Shown in pieces: positions 50,301 through 60,112 of a DNA stretch of 64,000 nucleotides. The stretch comes from Rhizaria sp. SCN 62-66 (taxonomy: Eukaryota). The stretch is taken from NCBI GenBank assembly GCA_001724265.1, contig MEDY01000009.1, positions 1 to 64,000 on the forward strand, in the 5' to 3' direction. The number at the start of each line of letters is the position of its first letter. Within the stretch, counting starts at the first letter, position 1. The position numbers and the translations under genes are program-made. Under the pieces are notes generated by a model. That model had not been told where the DNA came from. It did not search any database and saw only the letters and a list, made by a program, of their open reading frames with translations.

Positions 50301-53300
50301 CCACACGCTCGACATCTCTGTGTTCTTGACATTTGGGGCGCTTTTGCCATTCCTGTCCCCATCTTCAGTCCCATTAAGCTGCATCGCGCTGTGCTGTGCT
50401 GGTAACAAGTGTTCGTTAGACCAGAGCGGCGGTGCAGGCTGCACACGCGGCAAGTGCACGATGAAGTTCTCTGCCTCACCACAAGTCACAGAGACGTACT
50501 GTGCGTTCAGCTGGTTCAAGTCAATGCGCACCGTGTTGGCGTCGGACCACGGGCTGTCTTCAGCGCTTTGTTTGGCACCGTCTTTGCTTGCAGCGGCGTC
50601 TTCGCGCGGTGGCACGAGATCGGGCGTGTGAAAACCCAGCATCACGGGGTCCGCGCCCGCGGCAAGCCACGGCACCAGCGGCGGCCGGTCCAGCACGCCC
50701 AGCGGGCGCCACGGTGCCGCGCCGCCACCCGTGCCGGGGCTGCTCAGGGCGGCCTCCATCGCGGCGTCGTCGGCCAGCGGGAATGCGAGGTATGAGAGCA
50801 AAGCCAGGTCGCGCGCGTCCGAGTCGGCGCCGAGCGTCTCGGCCGCCAGCAGCGCGGCCTCGGGCGTCGCGACGTCGCTTTCGGTCAGGCGCGCGCGCTG
50901 CAGTAGGCCCGGCAGCGCGCGCTCGAGCGGGGCCCAGATGGACCGCGCCGGCCGCAGCCTGCCGTCTGCGCCCGCGCTCGTGTACCGCAGCCGCAAGCGC
51001 GCGATGCGGTCCGAGTCGACGCGCAGCATCGCGTCCGCGTCGGCGACTGCGCCCGCGGCCACAAAGAGCGGGTCCCGCGGCACGCGCGCGGAGACCGCGT
51101 CCCACTCGCCAAAGCGCGCGGCCACGGCGCCAGCGGCGACCGCGGCGGCGGCGGACAGAGACGCCTCGCCTCCGCGCGGCGACAACGACGCCAGCGCGGC
51201 CGCGGCGGCGGGGCAGCGACGCACCGACGGCAGCAGCAGTGCGGGCAGGATCGCCTCCGCGCGCGCCCACGCAGGGACAGATCGGATGATCTTGTCATTT
51301 TCGTCGTCTTCGCCTTTGCCCCTGCTATTGCCGACATCGGCGGTCTGGGCGCGGGTGAGCAGCGGCCGCAGCTGCGCCAGCACGGAGGCCAGCGATGGCG
51401 GCGCAAAGGGCGTGATGTCGCGCGCGTGCACCGAGTACGCGCGCGCCAGTGCGCCGCGGCGGGATAGGCCGTCTGTGCCGTCGCGCGGTGGGGCCGCGAC
51501 AGCGCCAGACTCCGTCGTCAGCGGCGCCGCAGCAACCGATACAGGTACGCGCGCAGCGCCGTCAAAGAGCGTGAGCTTGCGCACCGGCTGCGAGAGCAGA
51601 TGCGTCGGAAGCGGGTCGAATGCGGCGCGCTCAGTCACATACACAGGTGCTGACGAGGAGCTTGAGAACGTAAGCATTGCAATCATGCGTGAGAAGAAAC
51701 CGGCATCCGCAGCTGGGAGAACATTAGACTCGGGCGCGGGGTCCGCGGCCGCGGGAACAGGCGCAAACACGTGTCCGCGGCCGCGCGCGACGCCGACGCT
51801 GCCGGTGGGACCGAAAAAGTCCTCGCCGTAGCGCGGCAGCCACGCGGGCGGCGGCGCGTGCGGCGCGAGCGCGGAGCCGGGCTGCGGCGCGGGCACGGGC
51901 GCGGCGGCGGCAGCAATGCGCAGCGGCCGGAGCGCGCTGAAGGCGGCGTCCTTGCCGGCCTGCAGGGACGAGCTGCCCGAGACGGCGGGCTGCGAGGGCG
52001 CAAAGAAGAGCGCAAAGGACCGCGAGGTGCGCATGTTGCGCGGAAACGCGTGCCCACCGCGACCGGAGCGCGCGGGCTCCGCCGGCAGTGGCGCCGCGTC
52101 AAGTACGCGCCCCGAGAGGTGCGAGACGCGCTGCGGCTGCACCCGCCCCCACAACGCGGACACACTCTCCGCGGCCTGCGCCACGGTCACATGCGCGAGG
52201 TGCGACAGCGGGTGCGCTGTAGACGTCCGCGGGTTCGGACTGCGGCCGCTGCCGTCGTTACTGCCGTCGTGGTCCGCAACTCCGCTGCGGACGGCACGCG
52301 CGGTGAGCGCCGGCCAGTCGAGCGGCACGTCCGCGGGCGCGGTCACGGACACGGGCCCCAGCGAGTTGGCGATGGCGTTGCGCGGCGCGTACAGCAGGCG
52401 CGCGTCGTCGTACTGCGGCCGCGACAGGAACGGGGGGTTCACGTGCACCGTCACAGGCACGCCCCACGCCACCGCGCCCTCCGCACCGGACTGCTGGCCG
52501 ATGCTCTCGCCGCGGCCGTTATCGTTGCCGTTGCCGTGCTGCTGGCGCGGTGCGGCTGGGAACGCGTCGGTGGCAAGCCCGCGCCAGGCGCCCCCGTCCG
52601 TAGGCACACTCTCGTCCCACAGTGCCCAGTCCCCGACCGCGCCGCGCACCGCGCCGGTTACGGCGTCGTCAGTGTCTGCCAGCCACGCCAGCAGCACGGC
52701 CTCGGCGCCGCGGGAGAGGCCCGTCGCTCCGAGTAAATCATTAATACGCAAACCGACGGTGGTATCAGACTCGGGGGACGGAGCCCACCGGTCCTTGTCG
52801 AGCAGCTTTGCCTTCCCACTATTTTTATCACTCTTACTATTGTTAGACGCTAGATGAGGATGGAGCTCGAGCAAACGCGTCTCGAGTCGAGCCATTGAAC
52901 TAGCGGTCTCATCATCATTGATGTCGTCGCCGTTCGCAGCCACAGCGGCGTTAGCAGCCGCATCAGAGTCGCCAAGCCGGTTCGTCCTGAGCAAGTGCTT
53001 GCGGAGCCTCGCGGCAAGCAGCTGCGCCAGGTGGTACCGCACACGCACGGCGGCGCGCGCGCGGGCCGCGAGCAGCGTCGCGCCTGCGGCCAGCTGCGGC
53101 GCGCGCGCGGTAACCGCAGTCATCTGCCCCGGCGCCGCGGCTCCCGCGCTCGCGCCCGCGCCGCCACTGCGCGTGGCGGCCGCAGCGGTTGTTGCGGAGA
53201 GCGGGCACAGCGCGGGCGCGATGCGGAGCACGCCCTCGGTGTCGACGCGCGCGAACTGCGGCACCGCGGGGCAGCGCGGCGAGCCCGTAAAAAAGTTCCC

Positions 53301-54485
53301 CGCGCGCGCCGGCAGGTAGTGGTGCGGCGACCGCGCACCGGGCAGCGCGCACACCGAGAGCGGCTGCAGCGCCGCCCCGTTGAGCCCGGCCGCGAACGAG
53401 GTGTCAGCGGAGAGGTGCTTAGAGAGTAGCAGCGCGAGCAGCGGTAGCGCAAGCGCCAGCGCCGCCGCGGCAACCGCACGGGGCCGGCGCACGGCGAGCA
53501 GCGCGGCGCCCGCGAGCGCGAAGAGGGCGACGAAGACGAGCGTCGCGAGCGCCGTGTTGATTTGCTGCGACAGCGCAGTGGGCCGGTGCGCGGGGGCCGC
53601 GGCGAGCGCAAGGCTCCCGCACAGCACCTGAGCGGCAACGGCCGTAACGAGCACGGCGGCAAGGTGCAGCGCAGACAAAGCGCGCGGGGCGGGAAACGCC
53701 AGGAAGAGCAAGGCGACGGCGATGTAGCTGAGAGCGGAGAGTATCAGTGTGCTGATTTGCTTGCCGAACGCGGTGCCGTCTTGCGAGTATTCAAGAGACG
53801 CGCGAAAAAACCACGCGGCGGCCACAGCGAGCGCAAGCTGCGCCGCAAAAAGCAGCCAGGCGCGCGCGCGCCAAGTCGGTGGCGGGCCGGGCGGGCCGGC
53901 GAGCGACGCGCCCCAGTCGGCGCTGTTCGCTGAGCTGGTCACTGAGCCGTTAGCTGGCAGCGAGGATGGCGGAGTAGCGGCACTGCGGCGAGGAAGCAGG
54001 CGGCTCGTGACAAACGAGAAAGGTCCGCCGTCGGTCGCGTCACCGCCGTCGTTGTAGTCGCCGTGGTCGTGACTGCTCCCAATGGTGAAGACGCGGTTCG
54101 CAGCAGCATTGTTGACGGCGCCGCGGGTGTGGAGGTCGCCGCCGTGGATGTTGATGGACACAGCGCTGGCGAGCTTCTCACTGCCGTGGTCATAGTGCGG
54201 AGTAACCTTGTGTGTGTGGAGCGGTGCGCCGAGGCTGCTAGAGCTGCTGCTGACTGCGCTGCTGCTGTTGGTGCGAATCGAGCTGGTGCTCGTTGGCAGA
54301 CGGGCTCCTTGCACGGAGCCCCAGACGGAAGACACAACGGAGCCGATCGAGCTAGTGACTGTGGACGTCGGCGAAGAAGCGTCTGAAGGGGTAATTTGTT
54401 GTCGGCTTAACGTAGAAGACGCAACGGGACCCCATGGCGTAATGACAGGAGGCCGATCAGGAGGAGGTGTTCCCTTACGGTTCAT
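47346..54485 (-). CDS. Membrane protein with a DUF229-like (alkaline phosphatase/sulfatase superfamily) domain, ~2379 aa
   Basis: About five N-terminal TM segments. VVVLFIDALSR, RRCIAG, AHEGS...DADL, MLVSDHG, LEQKLP, NQQRFVTAFDVYATL and terminal RTCADAAVPRAWCAC. Ends in TGA. Confidence 0.8.
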   Translation of the reverse strand: MNRKGTPPPDRPPVITPWGPVASSTLSRQQITPSDASSPTSTVTSSIGSVVSSVWGSVQGARLPTSTSSIRTNSSSAVSSSSSSLGAPLHTHKVTPHYDHGSEKLASAVSINIHGGDLHTRGAVNNAAANRVFTIGSSHDHGDYNDGGDATDGGPFSFVTSRLLPRRSAATPPSSLPANGSVTSSANSADWGASLAGPPGPPPTWRARAWLLFAAQLALAVAAAWFFRASLEYSQDGTAFGKQISTLILSALSYIAVALLFLAFPAPRALSALHLAAVLVTAVAAQVLCGSLALAAAPAHRPTALSQQINTALATLVFVALFALAGAALLAVRRPRAVAAAALALALPLLALLLSKHLSADTSFAAGLNGAALQPLSVCALPGARSPHHYLPARAGNFFTGSPRCPAVPQFARVDTEGVLRIAPALCPLSATTAAAATRSGGAGASAGAAAPGQMTAVTARAPQLAAGATLLAARARAAVRVRYHLAQLLAARLRKHLLRTNRLGDSDAAANAAVAANGDDINDDETASSMARLETRLLELHPHLASNNSKSDKNSGKAKLLDKDRWAPSPESDTTVGLRINDLLGATGLSRGAEAVLLAWLADTDDAVTGAVRGAVGDWALWDESVPTDGGAWRGLATDAFPAAPRQQHGNGNDNGRGESIGQQSGAEGAVAWGVPVTVHVNPPFLSRPQYDDARLLYAPRNAIANSLGPVSVTAPADVPLDWPALTARAVRSGVADHDGSNDGSGRSPNPRTSTAHPLSHLAHVTVAQAAESVSALWGRVQPQRVSHLSGRVLDAAPLPAEPARSGRGGHAFPRNMRTSRSFALFFAPSQPAVSGSSSLQAGKDAAFSALRPLRIAAAAAPVPAPQPGSALAPHAPPPAWLPRYGEDFFGPTGSVGVARGRGHVFAPVPAAADPAPESNVLPAADAGFFSRMIAMLTFSSSSSAPVYVTERAAFDPLPTHLLSQPVRKLTLFDGAARVPVSVAAAPLTTESGAVAAPPRDGTDGLSRRGALARAYSVHARDITPFAPPSLASVLAQLRPLLTRAQTADVGNSRGKGEDDENDKIIRSVPAWARAEAILPALLLPSVRRCPAAAAALASLSPRGGEASLSAAAAVAAGAVAARFGEWDAVSARVPRDPLFVAAGAVADADAMLRVDSDRIARLRLRYTSAGADGRLRPARSIWAPLERALPGLLQRARLTESDVATPEAALLAAETLGADSDARDLALLSYLAFPLADDAAMEAALSSPGTGGGAAPWRPLGVLDRPPLVPWLAAGADPVMLGFHTPDLVPPREDAAASKDGAKQSAEDSPWSDANTVRIDLNQLNAQYVSVTCGEAENFIVHLPRVQPAPPLWSNEHLLPAQHSAMQLNGTEDGDRNGKSAPNVKNTEMSSVWGQSAFPPPVAPLAHMFNNNNRGNNDLSPFLRSDPCAAASPSWGLSRAWDLALCHAAGVDTLPPPPHSPVAAPSLYDAATRVPGPEELPVPAFLRALADPAWRVRASPRFNATAAALGEPQPVDAASAAEEVEFVSDAGWLQSRLARRPLAHSHLLPPVPPLYWHRLPAPPAVYTGDASGSSSSSDDAEVMPPRWLLETELADWAAQAAHIRAAQPPSQSSGAQDAQRGSGAGEASRGDAWPGGVRQPDVVVLFIDALSRPMFHRRMPLTAALLSQLQARSNAAAGKSKTRNETAADVKLLNELEPAPRVMQYFHYHVVEKNTVGNLGAMLSRSTSPLQLPLLSYNEGRFRAEHTAPLPAAFRAAGYATGFVAGRCVSMEREAAWTPAAWDVEVTAPFCHPEHNNDHQWTNFVGPYSMSRRCIAGRSVHAYELEVTRQFLTHPDPSAAVYASPHRDSSVSAPLDFPLPPASRRKRAAASAGPGWQPPDGESEHKDEACAAPGERGRVTVRGVADSAMGTGVDSKFEEDDEVVTTTICKSKTVAKHKVRKPRLAFVEFAEAHEGSSEVIAYVDADLEAFLRQGLSRPQSHSETLSTQSSAAVGDSKVGKAGGDWAERWARYPAGDSDFVTENTTATTASTASDSRAAGVGASAGAGVSPGSVARGWLRDAVVMLVSDHGSHMGPAFEFTAGGRLEQKLPLLTVLTPRWLERELPGAVEALEANQQRFVTAFDVYATLRHLAVARAVAPVTSPLSPDSEASKHKAGVQRHPFDDAVALRVLALRRATTRAAAESTSVPNANSATAAAALQSAVSAITADELDAAVTELFGTPAASTAAVARAEPVESWSDAPTAAAVGVQSLWSPGAGAGAETGRGAGAAAAKALHAPTHYLSLAEERLPWLFRRAATAEGAAAAAAAGGIQGVAAADALPKDEASAAERAGADAGAGVWRAEPWAVSLMERQVSEKRTCADAAVPRAWCACANYGL

Positions 54486-55600
54486 CGCGAAAATGAAATC
54501 CTGCGAGAAGCGAAACATACATAGTTCCAAACAGCGTAATTAAGGAACAATATCAATTAAGCGTTGGAATATCTAGGTTTTGAATTCATGCATCACTGTC
54601 GATCAAAATGTATCGATTTCATTGCCAGAGTGAATGCTGCTCGCCGCAGCATCGCTTGTCATCATCATCGTAGGGGGGGAGAAGTGACCATGTGACCACA
54701 GCGAAAAATAGTGCGTTTTCATGCGTATTAAAAGAGTTATGTTTTGTATATAGGCATGATGATGCATCAGTGGGAAAATGACACGGGTTCACTGTAGGGA
54801 AACAAAGAAATGACATAAAGGTTTGTGATAAGTCGGTCATACTGCAAATCAATTGATTCTTAGGAGGTGGCTGCAAAGCACACACACACAAAGAGAGCAA
54901 TCAAACGGAGTAGCAAATGACGATGACTGTTAACACGGTTAGATGTGGGATTGCGAGCACGTTGCCACCAACACGGCGACAAGCAAAACAGACGGTATGA
55001 CCCACAAAACAAAAGACGAAAAACACGAAAATAAAAGAAGACTGTGTGGTGATAAGGAAGCGGTAAGTGACAGCGGGCGGGCGACGAAGATATATCGATG
55101 TTGAGCTGTAGCTTGACGGATAATGGCGTCTTGAGTTACACAAACACGGCTTGACCCGAGCAATCGTGATCTCACAAAATGTCAACACAAAGCAACAACA
55201 ACAAGCGTAAGGTATCTTCATAGTTACTAAGGAGAGTGATGATTAATGAGGTTTTCGTCACTAAAATCGACACAAACAAGTATAAAAGAGAGACAAATAC
55301 ATAAAAAATTCCGCAACACACACAAAAGCTTGACTCACAAGTTGTAATGATGCCGAGGAAACGCAGAACAGCAACAGGAGCACGAACAAAAACAGATCAG
55401 GCAAAAACAGAAACTAAGGACAAGCACAAACAAACTGCTTTGTACTCGAGCAAAGCAACAAGCTTCGCTCGAAGGCGATGAATCAGAGATGAGGTAATAT
55501 AAAACCCAACACATACATTACATTAATGCTATAGCAATGATAAACAACCCCCCAAGGCAGCGCGAGCTTCGACGCGACTTAGCTTCACACCCGGCCTAAC

Positions 55601-58600
55601 TTACCGCCCGGGGCGGTCGGGGCGCGGCGGGGCCGGAATGGGGAAGTCAGGCGCGCGCTGCTGCTGCGCCTTAAGGCGCTGTTCGTGCTGCTGGATCAGC
55701 AGCTTCTGTTGCTCGGCCGGCGACGGCGGCATCGCAGACACCGGCGCCGCGGCCGCAGCGGGCGCCGCGGGCGCGGGCGCGTGCACGGGCTCGCTCAGCC
55801 GCTGCTTGGGCGTGGGCCGCGCGTCCGACACGGGCGACAGTTGCACCTCGGAAGGGCCGAACGCGTTGCCGTTGCCGTTGCCGCCGCTGCTGTGGCCGCT
55901 GCTGCGGCCGCTGCCGTTAGGGTGGCCGCCGCCGTGCGCGTTGTCGGCGTCCGAGTTGCTCACGAAGGACGGCACGGGCGGCACCGCCATTGCTGGCGGC
56001 TGCGGCTGGTACGGCTGCTGATACGGCCGCTGCGGGGGCTGCGGAGCGGTCGCCACGGTGGACTTGGAGCGCGGCGCGGCGGCGCCGTGGCGGCCCGGCG
56101 CGGGCTCCGTCGGCCCCCAGCGCCCGCTGCCGCCGGTCTTCATGCCGGGGAAGCGCACGCTCGCGCCGCGGTCATCATCATCATCGTCGTCGTCGTCGTC
56201 GCCGCCGGGACGGTAGTCCCCGCCGTCGTCGTCATCGTCGGGCGGTGGCGGCGGCGCGTCATCGTCGTCGTCATCATAGGGGTTGCCCGATGCCGCGTAC
56301 GAGGGCACCACCGGCGGCAGCGGCATCGCGGGCGGGCGCTTGCCCGCACCGCCCGTGGTGTTGAACCGCGAGGGCGTGTTGACAGCGCTAGACGTGTGCT
56401 GCATGGGCCGCAGCGGCGCCTCCAGGTTGCTGTTGCTGTTGCTGTTGTCGCCGTAGAGCCCCGCGGCGCCAAACGACGCCGAGTCGCCGTACAGCCCCGC
56501 TGTCGGGTCGGCGCCCGCGTTGTTCGCGACGCCGCCGGTGCCGGCGCCGGCGCCGTAGAGGTTCGCGGGCGGCGCCTCAGAGCGGACGGTGGAGCGCGTG
56601 TCGAACATGTTGCTGGGCATGGCGCGCGGGTCCGGCACGGCCGCGGGCTCGTAGGCAGTCGCCGCGGCCGCCAGCCCCACGCCCGAGGACGACACGTCGC
56701 CGGCACGGCGCATCGCGACACTGTCGTTGGTGCCCGGCGGGGACGCGGCGCCGCTGGAGGACGCCGCGCCCGCGCCGCCGCCAGTGCGGTTGCCGCTGGC
56801 GGTGCCGGCGTTGCCGTAGCGTGTCTTGTTGTTCTTGCCGAAGAGCGAGGTGGTGCTGCGCGGGGAAGCCATGGCCGTGGGTGAAGCGGGCGAGTTGGCG
56901 GCGGCGCCGACGACCAGCGACGCGCTGGGGTCGGCGATGATGTCACGCGAGCGGGACACGTTCGTGGGGCCAACGGTGTTCTTGTCCAGCTTCTTGTCGG
57001 CGAAGCGGGAGAAGCAGCTGCAGCCACAGTGCTTGTACATCAAGCCCGCCCAGCACTGGTAGATTTCCAGGTTGGTGCCGTAAAGCAAGAAGAGGAGAAT
57101 GCCGGGCATGGTGGTGGCGACGATGAGCGCGTCCATGAGCGTCGCAGACAGGCGCTCTGCGGGGACGACGCCGCACTCGCCGAGCATGCCGGGCGTGGTG
57201 AACTGCGTGAAGAGCAGACAGATGATGAACTCCGTGGCCGAGGCGGTCCACTTGGCGCCGTTGTCCTGCGTGATGAGCTTGTAGGCAAACATGAAGGACC
57301 AGGTGTAGACCATGATACCCATGAAGACGAGCACGCGGATATAGGGCGTCCACGGCGAGCGGTACGTCGTGCCCGACTTGCGCGACTGGTACGACGTGTA
57401 CGCCAGCTTTATGAGGATGCAGATCATGAGCACGACGCCGATGCAGCAATATACGAACATGGGCACGATCCAGAAGCCCCACGACACGTCGAACGTGGAG
57501 TTGTGGTTGCGCGCGTTAGAGAAGAGGCACCAGGGCTGCCCGATGGCGTGCGCGCCGATCTGGTCATACGCCAAACCGGCGATCGTCGGGATCAGCGGCA
57601 GGCCCCAGGCGAAGAGCTGGAAGAGGATCTCGCGGCGGACCTCAAACGTGCTGCCCGGGACGATCTTGACGCTCATCACGACCTTCATGAAGAGGTCCAC
57701 GGCCTGCACGAGCCACCACGACACGGCCGTGCCGACCAGGTACGAGAAGACGATGCCCTGGAACGCGCACCAGCCCTTCATGTGGCGCTCGTTGGTGTTA
57801 GTCGCACAGAGGCTCTCGGCCACAGTCTGGTCGCCCGTGGGCAGCTCGAAGGTGATGAAGTTGACCAGCGTGAAGATGAAGATAGACAGCGTGAGGTACA
57901 GAATATAGCGCTTCGAGCGGTGCTGCGGGAATACGAGCCAGGTAAGCGCCAAAATAAAGGAGCAGATCAGCGACGTGACAGCGACGCCGATGGCCAGTCT
58001 ATCCATGTGTTTGTACTCGTCGCGGGTCCAGATGAGCATCGGGCACGGGTCCGAGCATGCGCCGTCCATGATCGTCGGCCAGTTGGCGTCGTCGGGCTTC
58101 ACCAGCGGCGCCGGGCACTGCGCGTGCACCGCTGTCACGGCCGACGCCATGTCTGTCGTCGGCGCGCCCGCCGCGGTCCAGTTGGAGCACGTCGTGGTGA
58201 TGCCGCCGAAGTCGGTCGTCTGCGCCGTCACGGGCGGGTAGTTGGGCTGCCCCGCCGAGAGCACGGTTAACCCGTCGCACGAGAGCAGCTCGCCAAAGGT
58301 GGTCGTGGAGCAGTTGGGTGAGATGCCCGCGGCGACGAGCGCGGGCGCCGCCGCCCAGAGCGGGGCGCAGCGGGCGTTGAACGAGTCGCAAAAGGTGCCG
58401 CACGGCAAGCGCGGCAGCGGCAGCACGCGCTCGGGCGCCAGCGTCGTTTCGTCGCAGAGCAGGAAAGTGCGCGCGCAGGTAAAACCCTGCATGAAGCGGT
58501 CGCACTCGGTGGAGCGCGGGGACACGGCGAAGAGGAACTGCATCTGCTGGCCCACGGCCTCGAGCACGGCCTGCGAGAAGCCCGCGGGGACGTAGACCTT

Positions 58601-59173
58601 ACCGGGCACGTCATCACCGCAGACGGTGCCGGAGTAGGTCTCGCACGAGGGCTTAAGCACCATGGCGTCGACGACGGTGGTGGGGCCCAGCTCGCAGGTG
58701 GGGTTGGGCTGCCACTTGGTTGTGTCGGTGCAGTCGGGGAGCGTGATGCCGAACTGGGCCAGCATGCCCTGGTCAACGGCGCCAGCGCACGCGTCGGCCA
58801 CGGAGTCGCAGATAGACTTGCAGGGGAGCTCGACTGTGTTGGTGTCGACGTCGGCGCCGGCGACGCAGTGCGGGAAGGTGCTCATGCACATAGCGGGCGC
58901 GAGCGCGACGCGGCACTCCTCGGAGAGCACGGCCGATACCGTCGCCAGCTTGCCGAGGTTCACGGCTTCGACGACGGACTGACAGGAGGAGTCAGGGACG
59001 GCGACAGGATAGTTGATAATGGCGGCACAGACGGAAGGCTGCACGGGGGGAAGCGTGGCGTAATTCCCCGCGAAGATGCTCTCACAACGCACCGATTCGG
59101 CGACCCCGCTTGCGGCCAAGCAAACGAGGGCAATGAGCCCGAAGTAGGCGAACACCACACACAGGCGGCTCAT
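55601..59173 (-). CDS. Frizzled/Smoothened-like 7TM receptor with two tandem cysteine-rich (Fz) domains, ~1190 aa
   Basis: Signal peptide at ATG 59173. Two CRDs (C..MC...FPHC...PCKSIC..V..AC and TC...F..C...PCGTFC....C). CPAPL...CSDPCP linker, seven hydrophobic segments (LTWLVF, CAFQG, WGLP) and a Pro/Asp-rich tail. Ends in TAA. Confidence 0.85.
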   Translation of the reverse strand: MSRLCVVFAYFGLIALVCLAASGVAESVRCESIFAGNYATLPPVQPSVCAAIINYPVAVPDSSCQSVVEAVNLGKLATVSAVLSEECRVALAPAMCMSTFPHCVAGADVDTNTVELPCKSICDSVADACAGAVDQGMLAQFGITLPDCTDTTKWQPNPTCELGPTTVVDAMVLKPSCETYSGTVCGDDVPGKVYVPAGFSQAVLEAVGQQMQFLFAVSPRSTECDRFMQGFTCARTFLLCDETTLAPERVLPLPRLPCGTFCDSFNARCAPLWAAAPALVAAGISPNCSTTTFGELLSCDGLTVLSAGQPNYPPVTAQTTDFGGITTTCSNWTAAGAPTTDMASAVTAVHAQCPAPLVKPDDANWPTIMDGACSDPCPMLIWTRDEYKHMDRLAIGVAVTSLICSFILALTWLVFPQHRSKRYILYLTLSIFIFTLVNFITFELPTGDQTVAESLCATNTNERHMKGWCAFQGIVFSYLVGTAVSWWLVQAVDLFMKVVMSVKIVPGSTFEVRREILFQLFAWGLPLIPTIAGLAYDQIGAHAIGQPWCLFSNARNHNSTFDVSWGFWIVPMFVYCCIGVVLMICILIKLAYTSYQSRKSGTTYRSPWTPYIRVLVFMGIMVYTWSFMFAYKLITQDNGAKWTASATEFIICLLFTQFTTPGMLGECGVVPAERLSATLMDALIVATTMPGILLFLLYGTNLEIYQCWAGLMYKHCGCSCFSRFADKKLDKNTVGPTNVSRSRDIIADPSASLVVGAAANSPASPTAMASPRSTTSLFGKNNKTRYGNAGTASGNRTGGGAGAASSSGAASPPGTNDSVAMRRAGDVSSSGVGLAAAATAYEPAAVPDPRAMPSNMFDTRSTVRSEAPPANLYGAGAGTGGVANNAGADPTAGLYGDSASFGAAGLYGDNSNSNSNLEAPLRPMQHTSSAVNTPSRFNTTGGAGKRPPAMPLPPVVPSYAASGNPYDDDDDDAPPPPPDDDDDGGDYRPGGDDDDDDDDDDRGASVRFPGMKTGGSGRWGPTEPAPGRHGAAAPRSKSTVATAPQPPQRPYQQPYQPQPPAMAVPPVPSFVSNSDADNAHGGGHPNGSGRSSGHSSGGNGNGNAFGPSEVQLSPVSDARPTPKQRLSEPVHAPAPAAPAAAAAPVSAMPPSPAEQQKLLIQQHEQRLKAQQQRAPDFPIPAPPRPDRPGR

Positions 59174-60112
59174 ATAACCAAGGCTTGTCGTAAGGGCACT
59201 GTAAAATAAATGCTGCCTCCGCAACAGCTTGCTGGTTATAGAGCTGTTACGGTAAGTTATCAAAGGAGGTGGAGGGAGTGAGATAAGGGGAATTTCAAGA
59301 GACGTGGAACCAGCGCACAACGAGCCTAGACACAAAAAACAAAGCAACACAACATAAATACCCTTAGAACTAGGCACGGGCACAAACGACAATTCAACAA
59401 GACGATTGTATCCCCTCACAGACGTTCCCCGATTTCGCGCCCTTGCTATGATGTCTGTTTTGGAGGCACCCGCCCAAAACTGACTGTGGGATGTCTCTGG
59501 CCACAGTCGATCGATATTGGTCGGCTTGCCACATTTGCTTGTGGTGGCTTCTGGGGGGGGTCTGGACGTGTGCTGAAAAGATTCGAGAGCATTCACTCGT
59601 CATCCTTGGTAGACGATATGCAATTGATCTAGTATGCATTGACTTGTCTGAGACATTGCTCCGTCATCTCTATCGCTATTCGGTGCGACTGTGACCCTGT
59701 GTCGAAGCTTTTTGGAAGGCGCATGAGAGAACAATCCGTTCGAAGTCTATTGTTCACACTGCACGGATTTTCGTGCCATTGACAAATATTTGTGTCAATG
59801 AGCTTCTGATCTATATTTCTTTGAACGACGAAACATACGATGGCACGCACTATTCTTTATCTGGTGGTCATCTATATCATCTACTGCCTAGATATTCTGA
59901 AGCGCCCAGCGTGATCTCCCATCATCCCACGAATCTGCAGACTCTCACGCTCCAGACACTCTCCAAACCTGACTTTTGTTGCTTGCCCTTTAGGCTTTGG
60001 TGTAACCTAGTTGCTGCCCCGCTTAAGTTATCACCTGCCTTCGTCGACCCACCCCCTTTCAGCTTCCTGCACTACCCCCTTTTTCTGTGGAACAGATAGA
60101 TTCACCCCTACA

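Noticed and set aside
54531-55600. A/C-rich low-complexity stretch with small ORFs
   Set aside because: Consistent with the U/G-rich 3' UTR of the Frizzled-like gene plus the upstream region of the next gene. No periodic array.
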